Translations under genes and position numbers: made by a program | Shown: positions 55,373-64,000 of the stretch, in pieces | How the letters are laid out: the number at the start of each line of letters is the position of its first letter | Position numbering within the stretch: position 1 is the stretch's first letter | Origin: Naegleria gruberi | Lineage: Eukaryota | Assembly: GCA_000004985.1 (NCBI GenBank) | Contig: GG738871.1 | Length of the DNA: 64,000 bases | Direction: 5' to 3' (one strand) | The notes under the pieces: generated by a model | Database searches by the model: none | What the model was told of the DNA's origin: nothing | What the model saw: the letters and a program-made list of their open reading frames with translations, nothing else

Positions 55373-56623
55373 TTTGTTTCTCTAGTTTCTAGTGAGGGAA
55401 TGACGACAATAGACAACTCCAAAATAGTGTTGATGATACCTGTATTGTCAATTAGAACAATTGTGCAATGATAACAAGGTGAAACTTGTTTTCTTTAAAT
55501 ATTTAAAATATTGAATATTATTAAACACTTCTCTGATGAAGGTTTCGAATAATAACTGTCAATTGATGATGATGGTGTTAAAAAAACAACAACAACTGAT
55601 GGTGGGTGGGTTAACAGTATATAATTGAATGTTTTTTGTACGAAGATAATTATGCCTGTTGGGATTGCGTTGTTGTTTTTGCAGATTTGAAACTGCTGAT
55701 GTTTGAGACTATTTTGGTATTCGTACGCTGTGTTTGTCTCTGATTTTGTATATGGCATGTTATGACATGTATTGATAATTGGGCAATGAAGTAAATTTCA
55801 TAAGGATTACCGAATGTTGTGTTAATAGAAAGTGAATCTAAGGCAAGGACAATAGAATCCATTGAATTGAATCCGACCCACTTCAAAATATTAACAATTT
55901 TATGAGCCATTTACTGTTCTTGTTTAAACATAATTTCTCTTCTCTAAAGATTCCTAATAAAATTAACTTCCCGATTATTCCTCATCATCAACCCATTTTC
56001 TTCAATATTGTTTTTTATCATCAACATTAAAAAATCCGCGCCATTATTACTACTCTTAATTTTTCATTTTGAAATTTTTTTAAGGTTTGACAATTTGAGT
56101 GAGGGATGAAACAAGTTGATCCTTATTACTTGTTTGAATCCAATGATAGATAGATTTTAGAAAAATCTAATGGTTGATTTGTTGAAATGTTCAACATATG
56201 CAAATGTTCTTTACTTGGGATGACATTTAACCTGAAACAATACTTTTTCTCATTTATTTCATCTACCAAAAATGATTATTAGCATTAAAAAGACCTTTTC
56301 CAATGCATACAGCAAACAACAAAATTGATTCTCTATTATTACATTACAACAGCAGCACATTTCATATTAATCTCAATACCTCATATTTGCTATGAACATT
56401 CCTGGTCAGCAACTACAGTTGTACTGCTTGCTGCCTTACAGCAGTGACTCAAGTCACATCAACCATCATCACAAAAAAAATAACTGAAACTTTGGACCAA
56501 CCTCTCATCATCTCCAGGTCCATCACAACAACAAGAACATCAGTTTTTTTAGATTCGCGAAAGAGTTTTGACTTCTTACTGTGAGGTTTTTATAATTTAA
56601 TAGCGGAAGAAGATTTTTGGAAG

Positions 56624-59239
56624 ATGAGATCCTACAAAATTAGCGTTTTGTTGGGATTACTTTTATTATTATGCTTTGGTTTTTGTATGATTAACGGAGA
56701 GGCTTCCGTTGATTCAGTCGAAGCTTTGGAAGGTAATTTATTGGTAACTGATGATGATATTGCCTCCTCGAGAAGTGATGGTGCTGTAAATTTATATGCT
56801 CACCTTGATAGTGCTATTCTTGGAAAGGGTTTGCCAGCTCTGCAAAAGAAGTATAAGAAATCCATCAAGAAAAACAAGAAAAAGACCAAATCCTATGCTC
56901 CAGCCAATAAGAAATTCTTCAAGAAGACTAAATCCTCTTCAGTCACCAAGAAAAAGAAGACCAAGTCCTCTCCTTCATCAAAGAAGAAAAAGATCAAGTA
57001 CTCTAAGAAGAATAAGACAACCAAGACTTCTTCTCCACCACAAGCAACAACAACAACTTCAACAACCACAACAACTAAAAAACTCACCTCCCTTCCACCT
57101 AAAGTTGCCGCAGTTGCCAAGCTCTCTCCTCGTCGTTGGAACATTTTAAAGAACATTTTTAGTATTTCAATGCTTGGTGGTCCAGCTTTCCATCCATTCA
57201 AGAATGAAATGATCTTTGTTTCATCTGCTTCTGGAGTTTATCAATTGTACAAGGTTGGTATCAATAGAAAGAAGGGAAAGATTACTGGTAAGCCAATTCG
57301 TCTCGTTCATACCAAGTCTAGATGTTCTGCTCCAAGATATCTCCACGATGGTTCAATTCTCTATTATCATGATCGTGGTGGTAATGAAAACTTCCAAATT
57401 GGTCTCATTACACCAAAGGGAAAGCACATTTGGTTGACCGAAGACTTGAAGGCCAAACATTTGATCAATCGTGTTACAAAGAACTATCTCTACTATCAAT
57501 CCAATTCTCGTAACAAGAAATTCTTTGATTTGTACAGAAGACCAATGCCACTCGTTAATAAGGATGGCTCTCTCATCAAGGCTGAACGTCTCTACACTCC
57601 TGAAGTTGGTATTCCACGTGTTACATTGGTATCCTCTGATGAAACTCAACTTGTCATTGAACAAAAGTATAGCAACATTCACAATGAATTATTCTTGAAG
57701 GATTTGGTTGACGGTACATTGACTCCACTCACAAAATCACTTGTTCCCGGTATGGCAAAGGTTAGATGGTCTCCTCTTCGTTTCTTGAATCGTGGTCACA
57801 CTAAAATGTTAATTTCTACTGATTACAAGTCTGATTTCAAGAGATTGGCTATTTTAGATTTTGAAGGAGATATCAAATCCAATCCAGCCAAATTTATTGC
57901 TTTGAAGGAAATGGAAACTCTCAAACATGATATTGTTGGTGTTATGGGTAATTCTCGTACCAAGTGGACTTATATTGAATTGAATCAAGATGGTTACAGC
58001 AAGTTGTATAAGGCCAAACTTGGTCCACAGGGATTCAAGACACCTCTTATTCCAGTTCCATTACCATTAGAAAATGGTGTAATTGTTCACGGTGATGCTC
58101 GTTCATTTGGTCACAGTTCTTCCATTACTCATGATGGTAATTTGATGGCTATTACCATGACCGATTCTGTTCGTCCAGTTAACATTTTCATGCTCGATCT
58201 CGATCCATACAATGTCAGATTCAATAAGAAGGCAAAGGAAGTTAAGAAATTGCAAGAGCAACAAAAGGAAAAGAAGGAAAATGATCCAACCACTTCAACT
58301 CTTGTCACCAAAGAAAAGTTCAAACATATTGCCATGTATTGGACTCTCCTCAATGATCGTCTTCCAGGTGCTCTCAAGGATTATGAAAACAAATTCTCCA
58401 CTGAAAAATTGATTAGTGTAAGCAGCTTTGATGGTTTGATGATTCCATTCTTTGTATATTCCCCAGTTGGTGATGAACCAGAAGGTGGATGGCCAGCAAT
58501 TATCAAACTTCACGGCGGTCCTGAAAGTCAAAGCAGACCAGTCTTTAGTCCATTGATTCAATTCTTGACACTCTCTGGATATGCTGTTGTTGTTCCAAAT
58601 GTTAGAGGTTCAAAGGGATATGGCAGAAAGTATTTGGATGCTGACAATGTTGAAAAGAGAATGCACGCTGTTAAGGATGTTGCTGCTATTGCTACATTCT
58701 TGCAAAGATATAAGGGTATTAACGGAAACAAGTTATTCTTGGGTGGTGGTTCTTATGGTGGTTATCTCACTAACTTGTGTATGACTCAAATTCCACAATA
58801 TTTTAAGGGTGGTATTTCTATTGTTGGTATGACTAACTTACTCACCTTCTACAAGAATACTGCTGAATTCAGAAGAAGGCAAAGATATGAAGAATATGGT
58901 AACTACCACACTCAAAAGGACTTCCTCAAGAGCATCTCACCAGTTACTTATATTGACAATGTTGTTGCACCAATGTTCATCATTCAAGGTAAGAATGACG
59001 AAAGAGTTCCTGCTGAAGAAGCTGAAAATTGGTATAACAAGCTCTTGCAAGAATCTAAGAAACCAGGCAAGTCACAACTCAAACACAGCAAGCTAGAGCT
59101 CTTTGCTGATGAAGGACACGGTTTCTCCAATAGAAACAATAGACTCAAGGCTTATCATGACTTGGTTGACTGGTTGAATTTAATCTTGAACGAACAACCT
59201 GAAGCTCCAAAACCAGCCGCTTCCACTGTTAGTAAATAA
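56624..59239 (+). CDS. Secreted S9-family serine peptidase (prolyl oligopeptidase / acylaminoacyl-peptidase-like; 871 aa). Order: signal peptide, a Lys/Ser/Thr-rich basic linker, a beta-propeller, then an alpha/beta-hydrolase catalytic domain
   Basis: ATG at 56624. Signal peptide MRSYKISVLLGLLLLLCFGFCMINGEA. Nucleophile elbow LGGGSYGGYL (GxSxGG). Downstream acid residue in IQGKNDERVP and His in ADEGHGF, in the S9 order Ser-Asp-His. Confidence 0.8.
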   Translation: MRSYKISVLLGLLLLLCFGFCMINGEASVDSVEALEGNLLVTDDDIASSRSDGAVNLYAHLDSAILGKGLPALQKKYKKSIKKNKKKTKSYAPANKKFFKKTKSSSVTKKKKTKSSPSSKKKKIKYSKKNKTTKTSSPPQATTTTSTTTTTKKLTSLPPKVAAVAKLSPRRWNILKNIFSISMLGGPAFHPFKNEMIFVSSASGVYQLYKVGINRKKGKITGKPIRLVHTKSRCSAPRYLHDGSILYYHDRGGNENFQIGLITPKGKHIWLTEDLKAKHLINRVTKNYLYYQSNSRNKKFFDLYRRPMPLVNKDGSLIKAERLYTPEVGIPRVTLVSSDETQLVIEQKYSNIHNELFLKDLVDGTLTPLTKSLVPGMAKVRWSPLRFLNRGHTKMLISTDYKSDFKRLAILDFEGDIKSNPAKFIALKEMETLKHDIVGVMGNSRTKWTYIELNQDGYSKLYKAKLGPQGFKTPLIPVPLPLENGVIVHGDARSFGHSSSITHDGNLMAITMTDSVRPVNIFMLDLDPYNVRFNKKAKEVKKLQEQQKEKKENDPTTSTLVTKEKFKHIAMYWTLLNDRLPGALKDYENKFSTEKLISVSSFDGLMIPFFVYSPVGDEPEGGWPAIIKLHGGPESQSRPVFSPLIQFLTLSGYAVVVPNVRGSKGYGRKYLDADNVEKRMHAVKDVAAIATFLQRYKGINGNKLFLGGGSYGGYLTNLCMTQIPQYFKGGISIVGMTNLLTFYKNTAEFRRRQRYEEYGNYHTQKDFLKSISPVTYIDNVVAPMFIIQGKNDERVPAEEAENWYNKLLQESKKPGKSQLKHSKLELFADEGHGFSNRNNRLKAYHDLVDWLNLILNEQPEAPKPAASTVSK

Positions 59240-59325
59240 ACATTCGTGTGAATTAGCTCTACAATTTCTTCAACATTACTTTGCATTGAAATGTTCTATT
59301 CCAAGAATTAGATTTAAAGAAAAAA

Positions 59326-60462
59326 ATGCCTCAATCAACCTTACAAAATAATTCACCCGATAGACTTTCAAGGCCAGGCGGTTTTACTGATGAATTAAGA
59401 GGATGTCCACTCCCTCTATATCATGACCATCCTGGCTATGTTTCTGAAATGCTATTTGTCAGTGAGGAAGATTTGAAGCTATTATCTTGTACGGATATTC
59501 CAAATCCTTTTCAGTTAACATTCACTCCCAGAATTTATTGTTATTATGACTTGGTAAAACAAATGAGAAGAAAGCTAAACCCAGTTGTTGATATTCATTC
59601 TATATTCAACAATAGTAATGGGGAAAAGGAACACATGTTGGGATCAGGATTTATTGTTTCACCCCCATCTTCAAAAGAAGTCTACATTTTTACATGTTTC
59701 CACAATGTGAGTGGGTTCAGAAAGAATGGAATTTGGTACAATAACGAGTCAGTTTATGTATTATTGGATCCAGATAGGAGTCAGAGACCTAACTTTACAG
59801 TAGAGCATTATTGTAAGTGTGAAATTGTTGAAACTGGATCTGTTTTAGAAAATGAATTGTTAACAGATCATCCTCAAGAAGATTGGGCCCTACTCAAAAC
59901 ATCAACAGAGTTATTACTTGAAGAAGATCCAAATTTCTTTTTTATTCCATCCCCATCCAATGTTTCTGAATTACAATCAAAAGAAGAGAAAACATATAGC
60001 GTGTGCCTTCAATCCATTCCAAGTAGAGTTCAAGAATTAGATATGAACACACATCCTTGTAATGTGAATATCAATATGGAGACAATTTGTCAATATATAG
60101 AATTTGATGTGAAAAGTGCAAGCTTTGGCAGAGGGAGAGGAGGAGATGAAGGTGTGTCTTTTTATGATTCCGTATCTTTCAAAGGTAGCTCAGGAGGGGC
60201 TGTTACGACGTGTAATCAACATTATGAAGATTGGTCATTGTTTAAAGAAAAAATCGAGTTATCGAATAGAGTTGTTGGAATTCATATTGGTGCTGAGAAT
60301 TTTGGAAAAGTCGATTGTTCAAACCATGTGAATAGATGTTGCAGTGTAAAAAATTGGTTCCAGTGCTATCTTTCGAAAGTGTACGACCCTCTGAGAGAAC
60401 ATTTCTCTCAAGCATTCCAAGAGTTGGTTGAGTCAGAAAGATACTTTTTTAATAAGAATTAG
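59326..60462 (+). CDS. Trypsin-like (S1 / Trypsin_2-type) serine peptidase domain protein (378 aa), no signal peptide
   Basis: ATG at 59326. Catalytic-triad contexts: GSGFIV...IFTCFHNV (His), EDWALLKT (Asp, compare DIALLKL) and FKGSSGGAV (Ser, compare GDSGGP). Confidence 0.5.
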   Translation: MPQSTLQNNSPDRLSRPGGFTDELRGCPLPLYHDHPGYVSEMLFVSEEDLKLLSCTDIPNPFQLTFTPRIYCYYDLVKQMRRKLNPVVDIHSIFNNSNGEKEHMLGSGFIVSPPSSKEVYIFTCFHNVSGFRKNGIWYNNESVYVLLDPDRSQRPNFTVEHYCKCEIVETGSVLENELLTDHPQEDWALLKTSTELLLEEDPNFFFIPSPSNVSELQSKEEKTYSVCLQSIPSRVQELDMNTHPCNVNINMETICQYIEFDVKSASFGRGRGGDEGVSFYDSVSFKGSSGGAVTTCNQHYEDWSLFKEKIELSNRVVGIHIGAENFGKVDCSNHVNRCCSVKNWFQCYLSKVYDPLREHFSQAFQELVESERYFFNKN

Positions 60463-60873
60463 CAAGTAAGCACAATAAAAAAGATATTTTAAAGACAATT
60501 GATTATTAAAGCTCAGGGGCTGAATCACCTTAATGGTGAAACACTCTGGCAACTGCTTTGAAGAATGTATCTTATTGTTTCTTTGTTGGGGTTTCATTCT
60601 TGTTCATTCTATTTGATTCGAATAATGTTGAGCAAATTTACTATCAGAAACAGGTCTATTCCTCAAATGCCCCCAACATTTTGTTAATACGTAAATTGAG
60701 TGAGGTTTAGTTTCGAAACATTAATCATATTTTAAATTGATTTCTCGGATAATGACTTGAGGATTGATGGATAGTTTTATTGGATTCCTCAATCGTTTTC
60801 GAATCCAATGATATGAAAATTAATGTAGTAATTAATTAAATATTTAAATCTGATAATTCAATAAAAATAAAAA

Positions 60874-61524
60874 ATGTCTTTACACACTCCACGCAGAAGC
60901 CAACGCAATATAAATAAACCAAAGATACGTTATAGTAGAAATTTTTTAGTTGATGAAGATAGCGATGAAAATGATGAACCACCTACAAGATGTAAAAAGG
61001 TCAAACCAAGCAATGACGATCATCATGAAACAGTTTCAAACAATTCCGAAATGTTGAGTACAACACACCACGATAGTAATAACAATAGTAGGGAGGCATC
61101 TACAACAGAATCCATAAATCTAGATCAAGATACCAACACTGACCACGAATTATTTGAGCCATTGGAACAACAATTAACAAAACCTGTTATTATGGAAAAT
61201 GAAATGATGGAAACAACCATAACCTCGGAACAACAAAAACAAATGACAAGTGGAATCACAATCAGAAAACCTTCTGTTATGGAAAATCTGTTGGATAAAC
61301 CTATTAATTATCGTTTGGAAATTATTTCACAATTACTAAGCTCTCTTCAAAATGATTATGAACAAGCTGAACAAAATGCTGTATCCATGTCAGATGTAAT
61401 TAAAAGAGCCACATTTACAATTGAAGAATTGGATAAACTTGATAAGGAAAAATTAAATCAATTAAGAAAAGTGTTGCAAAACTCTGCCAATATTGCCACT
61501 GAAATATTGTTAGAAAGAAAATGA
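60874..61524 (+). CDS. Acidic hypothetical protein with a C-terminal coiled coil (216 aa)
   Basis: ATG ORF. No domain recognised. Confidence 0.4.
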   Translation: MSLHTPRRSQRNINKPKIRYSRNFLVDEDSDENDEPPTRCKKVKPSNDDHHETVSNNSEMLSTTHHDSNNNSREASTTESINLDQDTNTDHELFEPLEQQLTKPVIMENEMMETTITSEQQKQMTSGITIRKPSVMENLLDKPINYRLEIISQLLSSLQNDYEQAEQNAVSMSDVIKRATFTIEELDKLDKEKLNQLRKVLQNSANIATEILLERK

Positions 61525-62054
61525 TCATATTACATCATTGGAAGTGAATTGATTAACAGGAATTCTGAAACACAAGAACAGCTGTACAAAGTAGCACTCA
61601 ATGCAAACTTTAATAATTTATGGTCTTTCAGATAGCAATTGATTAATATTGGGAATAATTAATGAGTAGACAGTGACTGATTCCAAATGGTTTTGAATGA
61701 GAATTCTTTTGATAGCGGCCATGAATTCTTTGAATATCTTTTGTCTTCTTTTCAAGTCTCATTAGCAAATAGCCATAGGCAAAATCACTCAATTTTCTCT
61801 ACTTGCTATCACTACCACCAGCAATAAATAAGGTGATAGTAATATTTGAATTCATATTAATTACTCTTTTAAGGTGGTTCTAGAAAATCACTCATTTCCA
61901 ACAGTGCACTACACCAGAGCATATTCCTTATCCGATCACTATTGAATATCAATTATATGATTTTAAATTGCTGATTCGGAGCTGAGAAATTAGAAATCAA
62001 AAAGCATTCAAAATCGAAAAAATCCTAATTTTAAATTCCTTCTTACTCAAAAAA

Positions 62055-64000
62055 ATGCCTCAAAAACAACATCAAGGCGCCAACTACAACAACAACAATA
62101 CAATAATGAGGAGTTGTTTGTCGAATCGGAGAGGAATTGTTTTACTTGCTTTTTTAGTGATGGTGTTCATGATGAGTACATCAGCAACAGTAGCAGCCAT
62201 TCCTTCATCACCATCGGCAGCATCGGATGTTCTTCTTTATACAACACTGGAGGCTGAGTCACCAAATAATACAAATCCTAACGATCACAATACAATAGAT
62301 CCATCATATAATTATCCTATTTGGATTCCTTGGGCTATTTGTGGAGTATTATTCTTTGTTATTTTCATCATTACTTCAATTGCTGTTTGTTTATTTCAAG
62401 ATAGGAGAGAAAAGAGTTTTATTGCTTTGGTTACTTCAATTGTGGGAATTTCTCTGGTTGTATTTTCAATCTTTGTTGTTCCTGTTGATATCTTTAATGT
62501 TTCTCAAACTTTTGATCCAAAGGAAAATTCCCTCGTCATTAAGATTCTCTATTATAGTATTTATTTAATATTATTGATTTTTGGCTCTGTCATTATTCCA
62601 TTTGCTTATTTCTGGTATGAAGAAGATCCAAAATTAGGAGAGAATGAAGATGATGATGACAAGTATTCTCTATCTTCAAAGAAACAACAACCATCAAGAG
62701 CAAGTGGATTGGGATGGAGATTGTTTCACACTATCAAATTTACACTCTTTACATTCATTGCAGGTATTTTGATTATCATTATGGGTCTTGTCATGTCTGC
62801 TATTAGTGGAACTGTTGCTGATAAGAATAGTGTTACTGATTGGTTGAAACAATTGGTAGATGTCGAACATTTTGGAGATAGAGCTATTAGATTCATTGTT
62901 GGTTGTTTGGCTGTTGTGGGTTGTTTTGGATTCAATATTTATACAGCCTATGGTCTCTCTGCTTTACCAATTGGATTAATGAAGAGAAAATATCTCACCT
63001 ACAAGGATGAAAATGTTGTGGATAGAAGGGCTGATGAAGTTGATGAAGAAATTGACCTCCTTCAAAAGAAATATAGAATGAAGGGAACTTCCATGAATAG
63101 AGAAGATCAAAAGAAGTATGACAGACTCAGACAAGAAAAGACAGAACTCGAAAATACCTCAATTAGAATTGAAAGATCCAAGAAGAGTATCATTGCCAAG
63201 TTGGAACCATGCATGTATCCATTTAAATTATTGATTGGATTTGGTATTTTGGTGGTATGTATTAATTTTTATTGAATGTTTTTTTAATGATTTATTGAAT
63301 TAATTGTTTTATATTGTAATCAAAACAGGTAATCATTTTCCTTCTAATTTCTCTACTCATCAACTTGATTTATAGAACTGTTACCAGCAAGTGTGGTATT
63401 GCTTGTGGATTTGTCACTGAAGAAAATTGTTATTTCAATCCTTTGGATTTATTGCTCACCTACAGTTCCATTATTTTCCCAATTGACTATATTATTTTAG
63501 CTTTAATTATTTGCTTATTTATTTGGGCAAGTATGGTTTCACTTTCAACTATTGGATTGAGATTCTTGTGTGTTAAATTATACAAGTTAAAGGTCAGATC
63601 AACTGTTCCACAAGGTTTATTAACTTCTGGAATTTTCCTCATGTTTATCATGTTGGCAACCTCCTTCATGTTACCAAGTTTTGCTCCAGTCTATACTACC
63701 TTTGGTTCACAAAAATATCAAGATTCAACTGGAGCTTGGAAGCAATGTGCATTGGCTGCCTTCAACTTTACAGAACATAGTAATAATTCTCACTCCTTAT
63801 TTAATCATCCTGAAATTCCATCTCTATTTGGCGATTTGGATGGAAATTACACTAACGGAAATAACACTAACACCACAAGACCTTGTTACATGACAGAACT
63901 ATCTCAGAATGTTAACAGCGTGACAATTGGTGTTCCTGTTTTCAGTATTATTTTCTACTTTGAAAATTGGTTATTTGTACTGTGCTTTATTATTGGGTTC
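62055..64000 (+). CDS. LMBR1-domain multi-pass membrane protein (LMBD1/LMBR1-like), partial at the 3' end. Exon 1 is 62055..63254, a 74-nt intron (GTATGT...ACAG) follows, and exon 2 runs from 63329 to beyond the window end
   Basis: ATG at 62055. Multiple TM helices separated by a charged coiled-coil loop (KYRMKGTSMNREDQKKYDRLRQEKTELEN), typical of the LMBR1 family. In-frame continuation after the intron (VIIFLLISLLINLIY...) with further TM helices to position 64000. Confidence 0.6.

Overview
This window is eukaryotic nuclear DNA from an AT-rich, gene-dense unicellular eukaryote. It reads inward from a chromosome end.

General properties I can see directly:
- GC is roughly 33%. Codon usage favours AGA, GGT, CCA, TTG and CAA. 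The standard genetic code appears to apply: there are multi-kb uninterrupted ORFs, and TAA/TGA/TAG all act as stops.
- Introns are very short (40-75 nt) with GTAAGT or GTATGT donors and AG acceptors.
- Gene content (many RGS, RNI-type LRR and BTB proteins, a TALE homeobox, Asn-rich tracts, a polyubiquitin, dictyostelid-like 5S rRNA) fits an amoebozoan or other protist lineage. I cannot assign the species from sequence alone.

Layout of the window:
- Positions 1-402 are a pure (CCCAAA)n telomere tract, i.e. TTTGGG on the G-strand, oriented as a left chromosome end.
- A second 262-bp (CCCAAA)n block lies at 1124-1385, plus a short remnant near 1690.
- There are 50-N scaffold gaps at 1074-1123, 10564-10613 and 25114-25163, and a 5.2-kb N gap at 1900-7086.
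- Directly subtelomeric are two tandem minus-strand genes for giant secreted or membrane NHL-repeat proteins. One runs into the big gap. The other is a 2408-aa single-exon type I membrane protein with NHL propellers, tenascin-like EGF repeats, an N-glycan-rich stalk and one TM helix.
- Further in, about 30 protein-coding genes, mostly single-exon, and a set of Pol III genes:
  - three RGS-domain proteins, including a CPFC-motif/RGS fusion and an RGS-START fusion
  - two F-box-like/RNI-type LRR proteins and an LRR-like hypothetical
  - a 4-unit polyubiquitin
  - BTF3/NAC-beta
  - a TPR protein and an RCC1-like protein
  - an actin-related protein
  - a PL7 alginate-lyase-like membrane protein carrying all three PL7 signature motifs
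  - a metzincin-like metalloprotease
  - a tandem-BTB protein joined by a 45-nt intron
  - a TALE homeobox factor
  - a secreted S9 prolyl-oligopeptidase-family protein
  - an S1 trypsin-like protein
  - an LMBR1-like membrane protein that runs off the window
  - three dispersed tRNA genes: Arg-UCU, Gln-UUG and Lys-CUU
  - two dispersed 5S rRNA genes flanking one protein gene, each preceded at about -285 bp by a conserved 40-nt element

Caveats:
- The supplied ORF track uses alternative start codons (GTG/TTG), so several listed starts are not ATG. I give ATG-based starts where I could verify them.
- Coordinates of features derived by hand may be off by 1-2 nt.
- ORFs reading through N runs are artefacts.
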